DNA from: an uncultured Bifidobacteriaceae bacterium
GTDB lineage: Bacteria > Acidobacteriota > Vicinamibacteria > Vicinamibacterales > UBA2999
DNA: 64,000 nucleotides
Direction: 5' to 3'
NCBI GenBank assembly: GCA_964505975.1
Contig: CAZDLW010000001.1
Location: 25,576 to 89,575, forward strand
The position numbers were made by a program, and so were the translations under genes. This document shows, in pieces, positions 9,184-18,292 of the stretch; the first letter of the stretch is position 1; every line of letters begins with the position of its first letter. The notes beneath the pieces were generated by a model. The model had not been told where the DNA came from. It was given only the letters and a program-made list of their open reading frames with translations, and made no database searches.

Positions 9184-11715
9184 ATGACGCACGGCAGGCG
9201 ATCCCGGTGGACGCACATGATGGCTGGTGCGCTCGTCATGCTTCCCGTGATGACGGCACATGACTGGTCCGGGTCGGCGTCGGCTATCCACCCGCACGTC
9301 GAGCCGGAATCCGTATTGGCGTCTGCCTCGTCCGCGCATGTCCCGGCCCGGGTGGTTGCGGCTCAGGCGGGTCCGTCACAACAGAGCGGTCCCGTCTCGT
9401 CGCGCGCGTCGCAGGAGGCGCTCTTCGCCCGCTACTGCGTTGCCTGTCACACGGCGCAGCAGCGACAGCGCGGTGTGGTGCCGATTGCACTGGATTCGCT
9501 CGAGTTGTCCGACGTCGCGGCCGACGGCGACGCATGGGAGCGGGTCGTGCGGAAGATGCGGGCGGGTCTCATGCCGCCTCCCGGGATGCCGCGTCCCGAT
9601 CGTGCCAGCCACGACGCCTTCGTCGCATGGCTGGAAGACGAGCTCGATCGCGCCAGCCGTGCGAACCCGAATCCGGGACGGACGGAGCCGCTGCACAGAC
9701 TCAATCGGACCGAGTACCGGAATGCGATCCGCGACCTGCTCGACCTGGACATCGACGTGGCGTCACTGCTCCCGGCCGACGATGCCAGCTACGGCTTCGA
9801 CAACATCGCAGGCGTGTCGAAGATCTCGCCGACACTGCTGGAACGATATCTGGCGGCCGCCCAGCGGATCAGCCGTGCGGCCGTTGGTACCGTACCACCG
9901 GCGCCGACCATCGACTACTTCCGCGTGGCTGACGACCTCGCGCAGGATCGCCGCCTGCCGGGGCTGTCGTTCGGCACTCGAGGCGGCACGCTGATTCGGT
10001 ACCTGTTTCCGGTGGACGCGGAGTACGAAATCCGTGTCGATCTCGCGCGCGACCTGAATGAGCAGGTCCCCATCTACGCCGAGCCACAGCACCTGGAAGT
10101 CAGTATCGACGGTGAACGCGTACAGGTCTTCACGTTACCTGGCGTGCAGCAGACGGGGCGGGGCGGCGGACGAGGGGCGCAGCAGGAGCGAAACCGTGCG
10201 GATCAGGACTGGGTGGTCCGGGTGCCCGTCGAGGCGGGTACCCGTGACGTGCAGGTCGCCTTCATCCAATTGACGGCGGCAATTGCCGAGACCGCCCGAC
10301 TTCCGTTTGTCCGTCCGTACCCGGCGGGGGTGAACATCGGTGAAACACGCACAGGCGCCTATCTGCGCAGCGTGGAGATCAGTGGCCCATACGATGCGTC
10401 CGGACCGGGAGACTCGCCCAGCCGGCGGCGCATCTTCGCCTGCCAGCCGGCTTCGCACGCGGATGAGTCCTCGTGCGCGCAAGCCATTGTGACCGATCTG
10501 GCGCGGAGCGCATTCCGGAGGCCTGTGACGGAGGAGGACGTGGAGCCCCTGCTCGCGTTCTACGATGAGGGGCATCGCGCAGGTGGATTCGAGGCCGGGA
10601 TTGAACGTGCGCTCCGGCGGCTGCTGGTCAGCCCCGAGTTCCTGATGCGCGTCGAAAGCGAGCCACCGGACGCGGCACCGGGTACGACGTATCGCATCAG
10701 CGAGTTGGAACTGGCGTCGCGACTGTCTTTCTTCCTGTGGAGCAGCATTCCCGACGACGAGCTGTTGAGGCTGGCCCAAGAGAAACAGCTCCGCGACCCC
10801 GAGGTCCTGGACCAGCAGATCCGCCGGATGCTGAACGATCGACGGTTCAGCGCGTTCGTCGAGAACTTTGCCGGTCAGTGGCTGTTCCTCAGGAACCTGC
10901 CGGCCGCGGTTCCGGTCCAGGCCAATTTTCCGGATTTCGACGACAGCCTGCGACAGGCCTTCCGCCGCGAGACGGAGCTCTTCTTCGAGAGTGTGGTGCA
11001 GGAGGACCGCAGCGCCCTGGATCTGTTGCGCGCGGACTATACATTTCTCAACGAACGGCTGGCGCGGCACTACGGAGTCCCGAACGTGAAGGGGAGCCAC
11101 TTCCGGCGGGTCCAGCTGGAGCCGCAGGTGAGGCGGAGAGGGCTGTTCGGTCACGGGAGCATCCTTACCGTGACGTCGTATCCTGATCGGACCTCGCCGG
11201 TCGTCCGTGGGAAGTGGATACTCGAGAACCTCCTGGGCACACCTCCACCGGAGCCACCACCGGATGTCCCGGAGCTGGAAGCACCGAGTTTCGCTGGAGA
11301 GGTGCTCTCCATGCGCGAGCGGATTGCACAGCACCGCCAGAATCCGGTGTGTGCGAGCTGTCATTCCATGATGGATCCGCTTGGCCTGGCGCTCGAGAAC
11401 TATGACGCCGTGGGCAAGTGGCGGACGATCGATGAATCGGGTGCACGGATCGACGCCTCCGGGGCGTTGCCGGACGGAACGCCGTTTGAAGGAGCGGATG
11501 GGCTCATAGACGCGCTGTTGGGCACGGACACGTTCATCACGACGTTGACGGAGAAGATGCTCATCTATGCACTGGGTCGCGGCCTCGAGTACTATGATGC
11601 GCCAACGATCCGGGCCATCGTCCGCGATGCCGCTCGCGACGACTATCGCCTGTCATCGCTCATCCGGAGCATCGTCCGGAGTACGCCCTTCCAGATGAGG
11701 AGATCGGAATCATGA
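9184..11715 (+). CDS. DUF1592/DUF1588-family heme-motif protein
   Basis: ATG 9184 within ORF 9112..11715. It has CVACH (CxxCH) near the N-terminus and the characteristic C-terminal HRQNPVCASCHSMMDPLGLALENYDAVGKWR motif. Confidence 0.8.
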   Translation: MTHGRRSRWTHMMAGALVMLPVMTAHDWSGSASAIHPHVEPESVLASASSAHVPARVVAAQAGPSQQSGPVSSRASQEALFARYCVACHTAQQRQRGVVPIALDSLELSDVAADGDAWERVVRKMRAGLMPPPGMPRPDRASHDAFVAWLEDELDRASRANPNPGRTEPLHRLNRTEYRNAIRDLLDLDIDVASLLPADDASYGFDNIAGVSKISPTLLERYLAAAQRISRAAVGTVPPAPTIDYFRVADDLAQDRRLPGLSFGTRGGTLIRYLFPVDAEYEIRVDLARDLNEQVPIYAEPQHLEVSIDGERVQVFTLPGVQQTGRGGGRGAQQERNRADQDWVVRVPVEAGTRDVQVAFIQLTAAIAETARLPFVRPYPAGVNIGETRTGAYLRSVEISGPYDASGPGDSPSRRRIFACQPASHADESSCAQAIVTDLARSAFRRPVTEEDVEPLLAFYDEGHRAGGFEAGIERALRRLLVSPEFLMRVESEPPDAAPGTTYRISELELASRLSFFLWSSIPDDELLRLAQEKQLRDPEVLDQQIRRMLNDRRFSAFVENFAGQWLFLRNLPAAVPVQANFPDFDDSLRQAFRRETELFFESVVQEDRSALDLLRADYTFLNERLARHYGVPNVKGSHFRRVQLEPQVRRRGLFGHGSILTVTSYPDRTSPVVRGKWILENLLGTPPPEPPPDVPELEAPSFAGEVLSMRERIAQHRQNPVCASCHSMMDPLGLALENYDAVGKWRTIDESGARIDASGALPDGTPFEGADGLIDALLGTDTFITTLTEKMLIYALGRGLEYYDAPTIRAIVRDAARDDYRLSSLIRSIVRSTPFQMRRSES

Positions 11716-13079
11716 TCGTGACCAAGATGGCCCTGCCCAGGCGGACCTTCCTGCGCGGGGTGGGCGCCACGCTGGCACTCCCGCTGCTGGACGCCATGGT
11801 GCCCGCCCTGACCGCGGTGGCGAGGACTCCCGCCAACGCGGCGCGCCGGATCGGGTTCATCTACATGCCGAATGGGGTGGCGATGAACTTCTCGGGCATC
11901 GATTACTGGACGCCGACCGGAGAGGGCACGACGTTCGAGTTTTCTCCCATCCTGGCCCCGCTCGCGCCCGTTCGTGAACGGCTGCTCGTCATCAGCGGCC
12001 TCTATCAGGAGCAGGCGGAGGCCGGCGACGACGGCGCCAGTGGGGATCACACACGGGGCACGAGCACCTGGCTGACGGGCGTATACCCGAAGCGTACCGA
12101 AGGTGCCGACGTACGAAACGGCATCTCCGCGGATCAGATTGCCGCATCAGCGTTGGGAAAGGAGACGGCGCTCCCGTCGCTGGAGCTCGGCATCGATCTC
12201 AACTTCCTGGCGGGCCAGTGTGAGAACAGCTACAGCTGCGTGTACCTGAACACACTGGCGTGGAGCTCCCCGACGACGCCGCTGCCGACGGAGAACAACC
12301 CGCGAATCGTGTTCGAGCGGCTCTTTGGCGACGGGGGCACCCCTGAAGAGCGAGCGGCTCAGGCCCGAGAGAACCAGAGCATCCTGGATTCCGTGCTCGA
12401 CGATCTGGCGAGGCTACAACGCAGGCTGGGGCCGGGAGACCGGAACAGGGTGAGCGAGTACGTCGAGGCCGTACGCGAGGTCGAGCGGCGGATTCAGCGG
12501 GTCGAACGCCACGCCGACACCGAACTGCCAGCACTGGACCGGCCGAGAGGCATTCCCGAACGCTTCGACGAGCACGTCAAGCTCATGTACGAACTGCAGT
12601 GGCTGGCCTTTCGCGCGGACATCACACGCGTCGTGACCTTCATGCTCGGACGCGAGCTCAACTTCCGCACCTATCCTGAGATCGGCATCACGCAGGGGCA
12701 TCACGGCCTTTCGCATCATGCGAATCGTCCGGATCAAATTGCGCTGTATTCGAAGCTCGGGGTCTATCAGGCGGAGCTGTTCGCCTGGTTTCTCGACAAA
12801 CTGAAGGACACGCCCGAAGGCGACGGCACGCTGCTGGATCATTCGCTGTTCCTCTACGGCGCGGGTCTGAGCGATCCGAACACGCACTCGCACAACGACC
12901 TGCCGTTGACGGTGGTCGGTGGCAAGGGCCAGCTGGAGGGTGGGCGTCATCTGGTGTTTCGCGACCGGCCTCCGATGACGAACCTGTTGTTGAGCCTGCT
13001 CGACAAGGTCGGGGTCCATGCCGACCGCCTGGGGGATAGCACCGGCCGGTTTGCCGGCGAACCGCTCACGGGGGTGTAG
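11712..13079 (+). CDS. DUF1552-family protein (Tat-type signal)
   Basis: It overlaps the upstream gene by ATGA. It has an RRTFLRGVGATLALPLL twin-arginine signal and a GHHGLSHH motif typical of the DUF1552 partners of DUF1592 proteins. Confidence 0.8.
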   Translation: MIVTKMALPRRTFLRGVGATLALPLLDAMVPALTAVARTPANAARRIGFIYMPNGVAMNFSGIDYWTPTGEGTTFEFSPILAPLAPVRERLLVISGLYQEQAEAGDDGASGDHTRGTSTWLTGVYPKRTEGADVRNGISADQIAASALGKETALPSLELGIDLNFLAGQCENSYSCVYLNTLAWSSPTTPLPTENNPRIVFERLFGDGGTPEERAAQARENQSILDSVLDDLARLQRRLGPGDRNRVSEYVEAVREVERRIQRVERHADTELPALDRPRGIPERFDEHVKLMYELQWLAFRADITRVVTFMLGRELNFRTYPEIGITQGHHGLSHHANRPDQIALYSKLGVYQAELFAWFLDKLKDTPEGDGTLLDHSLFLYGAGLSDPNTHSHNDLPLTVVGGKGQLEGGRHLVFRDRPPMTNLLLSLLDKVGVHADRLGDSTGRFAGEPLTGV

Positions 13080-13098
13080 GACTGTTCGGTTTCCTTAA

Positions 13099-13296
13099 TC
13101 CCGGAGCTCAGTGGGGTTGCGACGGAGCGGCGACCTCCGACTCGCGCGACACCAGTCGGGCAAAACGCATCTGGAGCGTGAGGACCGAGCTGGGTTGCGG
13201 GACCCAGCTCTGGTCGCTGGTCGCCGGTGAAGGATGCGTTTTACCGCGCGGAGTCGTCGGGAGCCCGCCCCGTTGCAACTCCACTGAGCTCCGGGA
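13099..13296 (-). repeat. Family-1 element, copy B (inverted orientation)
   Basis: Terminal arms CCGGAGCTCAGTGG (13101-13114) and CCACTGAGCTCCGG (13281-13294). The reverse complement aligns along its full length with copy C. Confidence 0.85.
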
Positions 13297-13450
13297 CCTA
13301 ACCCCCCGGACTCGTCCTGGACGCGAGCACACGTCGGAGCAGGCCGACTGGTGAGGCGCGTAACACGCCTCGGTGCAGCGAGTCTTCCGAGGCGGGTCTG
13401 CTGAGGCAGACCGAGGCGCGCCAGGGTCGACGCAGAATGCAGGATTCAGA

Positions 13451-15289
13451 ATGCAGAAGCGCCTTCGGTATCTGTTGGGAGCATCGTTGGCGCTGGCGCT
13501 CGGTCTCAGCGCCGCCGGAAACGAGGCGTCGCTCGTGGAGGCCGTCAAGGCGCGGAACACCCAGGCGGCACTCGCGCTCCTGTCGAAACCGGGAGAGATC
13601 AACACGCCAGAGGCGGACGGTACCACCGCCCTCCACTGGGCCGTTCACCATGACGACCTCGCGCTGGCCGATGCGCTCCTGCGGGCCGGCGCCGATGCGG
13701 GCCTGGCCAACCGCTATGGTGTCACGCCCATCTATCTGGCCGCAGAAAATGGCAGTCGAGCACTGATTGAGCGGCTGACCGACGCAGGCGTCGATCCCGA
13801 GACAGCCCTCCCAGGGGGGGAGACCGCGCTGATGACGGCTGCACGGGCGGGTAATCCGGATGCCGTCCGCGTCCTCCTGGTACGGGGCGCGAACCCAAAC
13901 GCGCGAGAGGGGTGGAGAGGCCAGACCGCACTCATGTGGGCGGCAGCCGAGAACAACGCGGACGTGATCCGGGAGCTCGTACGCGCCGGGGCCGACGTGA
14001 CGGCCACGTCCACCAGCGGCAGCCTGACGCCCTTGCTGTTTGCCGTGCGGGGCGGGCATCTGGACGCGACCCGGGCGCTCCTCGAGGCCGGCGCCGAGGT
14101 CAACGAGCGTCTGTCGGATGGCATGAGCGCCCTGGTGCTGGCTGTGTTCAATGCCCATTACGAGCTTGCGGCCATCCTCCTCGAGCATGGAGCCGATCCA
14201 AACGCCGCTGAGCAGGGGTGGACCGCGCTGCACCAGGTGGCATGGTCGCGCAGGCCCAATAGGGGTTTCAACCTGCCGGGCGCGGTCGCGACTGGCGACG
14301 TGGACAGCCTGGAGCTCGTGCGCACACTCGTCGCCCGCGGCGCCGACGTGAACGCGCGTATGACACGGGAGCCGCGCGACGGAAACCGCAACATGCTCAA
14401 CCGCATCGGATCAACCGCCTTCCTGATGGCGGCCAAGTCGGCCGACGTGCCCCTCATGCGCCAGCTCCTCGATCTTGGTGCCGATCCGTCGCTGACGAAC
14501 GAAGACGGCAGCAGCGCGCTGATGGTGGCGGCGGGAGTCGGCGTGTTCGGTCCGGGAGAAAGTCCAGGGACGCATGAAGAAGCGCTCGCAGCCGTGAGAC
14601 TGGCTCTGCAGGTGGGTGGTGGCACGGTCAACGACATCGACAAGAACGGGGAGACCGCCGTCCACGGGGCGGTCTACCGAGGCGGCGCCGTTCCGGTGAT
14701 CGAGTTCCTGGCGGAGAACGGTGCGAGGCTCGATGTGGAGAACGACAAGGGCTGGACGCCGCTCGTCGCCGCTGATGGAGTGGTCTATGGCAGCAGCGGC
14801 ATCAGGCGGTACCCGGAGACGGCAGCGCTGCTGCGAGAACTGCTGCGCGAGCGGGGAGCGCTCACGCCCGACTCCGAACCTGCGCCCGACGGGATTGTGC
14901 CTGCACGGGAGGCGCGAAGGCCGGAGACGAAGTACACGATCTGGGACGGAGTGTTCAGCGATCGACAGGCGGAGCGTGGACGGCAGGCGTACCAACGTGA
15001 ATGTGCGTTCTGCCATCGCGAGGACCTTCGAGGGGATGCGACGGCCACGTCGCTCGTGGGGCCGGCCTTCTCCACCCGATGGGGTGGCATGACCATTCAC
15101 GACATGGTGGAGGAGCTGAGGTCGTCCATGCCGCAGAATGCACCAGACAGCCTGGGCGATCAGGTCTACGTCGATCTCGTCAGTTACCTGCTGAAGGAGA
15201 ACGGCAGCCCGTCTGGTGCCGGGGATCTCCCCATTACCGCTGCGGACCTCAGACAGATACTCATGACCGGTCCCCCGGAGACGCGCTAG
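13451..15289 (+). CDS. Secreted ankyrin-repeat protein with C-terminal cytochrome c domain
   Basis: ATG 13451 gives signal peptide MQKRLRYLLGASLALALGLSAAG. It has many TALHWA..../TPLxxA....LLxxGAD ankyrin repeats. The C-terminus carries CAFCH (CxxCH). Confidence 0.8.
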   Translation: MQKRLRYLLGASLALALGLSAAGNEASLVEAVKARNTQAALALLSKPGEINTPEADGTTALHWAVHHDDLALADALLRAGADAGLANRYGVTPIYLAAENGSRALIERLTDAGVDPETALPGGETALMTAARAGNPDAVRVLLVRGANPNAREGWRGQTALMWAAAENNADVIRELVRAGADVTATSTSGSLTPLLFAVRGGHLDATRALLEAGAEVNERLSDGMSALVLAVFNAHYELAAILLEHGADPNAAEQGWTALHQVAWSRRPNRGFNLPGAVATGDVDSLELVRTLVARGADVNARMTREPRDGNRNMLNRIGSTAFLMAAKSADVPLMRQLLDLGADPSLTNEDGSSALMVAAGVGVFGPGESPGTHEEALAAVRLALQVGGGTVNDIDKNGETAVHGAVYRGGAVPVIEFLAENGARLDVENDKGWTPLVAADGVVYGSSGIRRYPETAALLRELLRERGALTPDSEPAPDGIVPAREARRPETKYTIWDGVFSDRQAERGRQAYQRECAFCHREDLRGDATATSLVGPAFSTRWGGMTIHDMVEELRSSMPQNAPDSLGDQVYVDLVSYLLKENGSPSGAGDLPITAADLRQILMTGPPETR

Positions 15290-15392
15290 CCTCCCGGGAC
15301 ACCTCGATATAATCCTTCCCCATTCGGATCCGTTCCCTTCTGCCTTGTCCGGCCGTGGCCGGATCAGGGCCGTGGGGTCCCTCGACTGAAGG

Positions 15393-17057
15393 ATGCTGCA
15401 CATGCACTTTCGCCAGATACGTCTTGCTGCGTTCCTGAGTGCGTTCGTCCTGGCCGGGGATGCCGCGGCGCAGACCATCGATCCCTGCGACGGCGCCCGC
15501 GATCTCCGCCTCGTCAACGGGCGACTTCATACGATGGATTCCCAGGGCACCATCGTGTCCGAGGTGACCATCCAGGGCGGCCGGCTCGTGGCGGTTGGGG
15601 CACCGCTGGGGCGTCCGCTGAGTCCGTGCACCAGGGAGATCGACCTCGGCGGACGCACGGCGGTCCCGGGGCTCATCGACAACCACAACCACATCGTGCT
15701 CCTGGGGATCCGCCCGGGATACGACACGCGTCTCGAGACCGCCGCGTCCATGGCGGACGTGCAGGCCGCGCTGGCCGCGCGTGCGACAACGGTTCCCGCC
15801 GGGGGCTTCATCACCGCCATGGGCGGCTGGAACCCGGCGCAGTTTTCGGAGAAGCGGCTGCCGACGCTGGCCGAGCTCGATGCGGCGGTTCCCGAACACC
15901 CGGTGCTCGTCTTCCAGGCCTTCACGGGTCCCGCTGCCACCAACAGCCGCGGCCGGGCGTTCTTCACTGCGAGGAACATAGCGGTGAGCGCGACCGGCGA
16001 GATCGCGGCCAACGCTCCCTCGCTCGCCGCGCTGAATGCCCTGCGGGCGGTGCAGACTCTCGAGGACCGGAAACGCGGCACGCGAGATGCGATGGCGTAC
16101 TCGGCGCGCGTGGGCGTCACGACCAACGTCGACATGGGGGCCTTCGTGCCGCCGGGCTCACCGGATGTGCACGCCTCGTTCGCCGCCGACACACTCGCGA
16201 CGGCGGACCCCTTCCGCATGTACGACGCGTTTGCGGCACTCCACCAGGAGCGCCAGCTCTCCGTGCGGATCCGGTTGTTCTTCCTGACCATGGATACGCG
16301 TCCGGATTTCCCGAATCTGCGGCAGCGCCTGCTCAACACGTTCCTGGGGTTCGGCGACGACATGATGCGGCTGTCCGGCGTTGGCGAGTTCGCCACGAGC
16401 TGGCCGCTGTTCGGTCAGCCGACGCCGGCGAACTACCTCGATGCGCTGCAGTTCATTGCGCAGCAGGGATGGCCCTTCCAGCAGCACAGCCTGTCGCCAG
16501 CGGAAGATGCGTTGACGATTGACACGTTCGAACGCGTGAACGCGCGTACGCCCATTGCGCCGCTGCGGTGGTCGCTTGCGCACGCAGCTCGCATCGACTC
16601 GGAGACGATGAACCGCCTCAAAGCCATTGGCGCCGGCGTTGCCGTGCACCCGTTCGGCTACCTGGCGGGCGCGCCAGGGGCCGGACCGCCGCTCCGGACG
16701 CTCATCGACAGCGGGGTCCATGTCGGTGCCGGTTCCGATTCGGCCCAGATTTCGACACTGAATCCGTGGCCGCTCATCTACTACATGGTCACCGGACGGA
16801 ACGCCGCGGGCCAGTTGATCAACGATGGCCAGCAGATCACGCGCATGGAGGCGCTGCACCTCTACACGTCGGCGAACGGCTGGTTTCTGCGCGAGGACGA
16901 CCTGCTCGGCACGCTCGAACCTGGAAAGCTCGGCGACATCGTGGTGTTGAGCGACGATTATTTCGACCCGAACAGCGTTCCCGACGAGGCTATCAAGCGA
17001 ATCCAGTCGGTACTGACCATCGTGGATGGGAGGGTCGTGCACGACGAGATGCGATGA
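15393..17057 (+). CDS. Secreted amidohydrolase-family metal-dependent hydrolase
   Basis: It has a signal peptide, a GLIDNHNHIV metal-binding HxH motif, and the C-terminal GTLEPGKLGDIVVLSDD motif typical of amidohydrolase_3 proteins. Confidence 0.8.
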   Translation: MLHMHFRQIRLAAFLSAFVLAGDAAAQTIDPCDGARDLRLVNGRLHTMDSQGTIVSEVTIQGGRLVAVGAPLGRPLSPCTREIDLGGRTAVPGLIDNHNHIVLLGIRPGYDTRLETAASMADVQAALAARATTVPAGGFITAMGGWNPAQFSEKRLPTLAELDAAVPEHPVLVFQAFTGPAATNSRGRAFFTARNIAVSATGEIAANAPSLAALNALRAVQTLEDRKRGTRDAMAYSARVGVTTNVDMGAFVPPGSPDVHASFAADTLATADPFRMYDAFAALHQERQLSVRIRLFFLTMDTRPDFPNLRQRLLNTFLGFGDDMMRLSGVGEFATSWPLFGQPTPANYLDALQFIAQQGWPFQQHSLSPAEDALTIDTFERVNARTPIAPLRWSLAHAARIDSETMNRLKAIGAGVAVHPFGYLAGAPGAGPPLRTLIDSGVHVGAGSDSAQISTLNPWPLIYYMVTGRNAAGQLINDGQQITRMEALHLYTSANGWFLREDDLLGTLEPGKLGDIVVLSDDYFDPNSVPDEAIKRIQSVLTIVDGRVVHDEMR

Positions 17058-17122
17058 GTGAACGGCTCGGGATGCGGGCTGACGTCGTGGTCCTGGAAGG
17101 CCGCGTGCCCGAGAGCGATGTC

Positions 17123-18055
17123 TCACGTGTTTCGCGGGCTCTCCAGGGCAGCGCGGTCCCAGTCTGCCAGCGTCGCCGCGGCGTCATACGTCGTCTGCAG
17201 GAAGTCCAGCAGTGCGTCATCCGGCGACGCCGCCTGCCGGACGGCGTCGTACGGGAGTACGAACTCGCGGAGGTCCTGGCTGTAGAACGCCTGGTCGGGC
17301 CGGACGGGGGCGCTCGCGAATCCGGTGGGCTCGGGATACGCGTAGGCGTAGAACGCCGGAGACGGAATGGGGCCGCCGCCAGGCCAGAATCCGCAGCTGC
17401 TGACCTCGTGCGAGTACGCGTCTCGCGTGATCCGGTCCGGCAGATGTGGAATGCCTCCCGGATGTTCCGGAGCGCGCCGACCGGAGAATCGCGTAACCGC
17501 CAGATCAGGAGCGCCCCAGAAATAATGCACGGGGCTGCACTTTCCAACGAACCTGCCGCGAAACTGTTTGAAGACGCGATCCGCCTGCACCAGGACGCGC
17601 CAGAACCGGTTTGCGAACACGGAATCGTAGGTCCGATGTATCTCGTCTTCGTCGAACAGGATGGGACTTGCCACCTCGTTGGGTGTTCTCGAGATCGTCA
17701 CGGGCAGGTCCAGTTCGATCATCTGGTTCATCAAGCGGGTGTAGAACGTGGCCACGGACTGTGGCTCGAGGGCGAATCCGCCGGTGCTCCCGTCGCTGCA
17801 GGCCACGGTGAGCCGATGATCGACGAAGTCGAACCCGATCTCGAATACGCGCGGCCCCTGGGCCATCGGAGATGTCGTCAGCCCCCTGGCGGTCACGTAC
17901 AGCGTCACGTGCCAGGTGTGATTCACCCAGGGACTGTGCACGAGGCGGATCTTCCCCACGATCTGGGTCCACAAGTGCAGCGTGGCGCAGGTCTCGCTCC
18001 ACGCCTCCAACGGCAGAGCAGGCCACGCCTCATTCGAACGCGATCGATCGGACAT
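17123..18055 (-). CDS. DUF5996-like hypothetical protein
   Basis: 310-aa ORF. The N-terminus WPALPLEAWSETCATLHLWTQIVGKIRL matches my memory of the DUF5996 family. The opposite-strand ORFs are low-complexity artefacts. Confidence 0.6.
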   Translation of the reverse strand: MSDRSRSNEAWPALPLEAWSETCATLHLWTQIVGKIRLVHSPWVNHTWHVTLYVTARGLTTSPMAQGPRVFEIGFDFVDHRLTVACSDGSTGGFALEPQSVATFYTRLMNQMIELDLPVTISRTPNEVASPILFDEDEIHRTYDSVFANRFWRVLVQADRVFKQFRGRFVGKCSPVHYFWGAPDLAVTRFSGRRAPEHPGGIPHLPDRITRDAYSHEVSSCGFWPGGGPIPSPAFYAYAYPEPTGFASAPVRPDQAFYSQDLREFVLPYDAVRQAASPDDALLDFLQTTYDAAATLADWDRAALESPRNT

Positions 18056-18292
18056 GATGTCTCCATCAGGGTAGCCGCATTTTCGCGCCTTACGGGAAAT
18101 AATTCCCAGCGCGCCTGGACGTCGAGTGCGTGATGGCCTCGTGATGCCGGAAATCTGAGAGTACAGGCGCTGTCAACGACACTGTTCGGCACGCGACGGG
18201 GGCATCGCGTTTGAATTGCCACTGAAACCCGCCGGGTACGAGTCGAGAGGTCGGGATGCCAGCCGCGCCAGGTCGCAGAAAGGGACGGTGCT

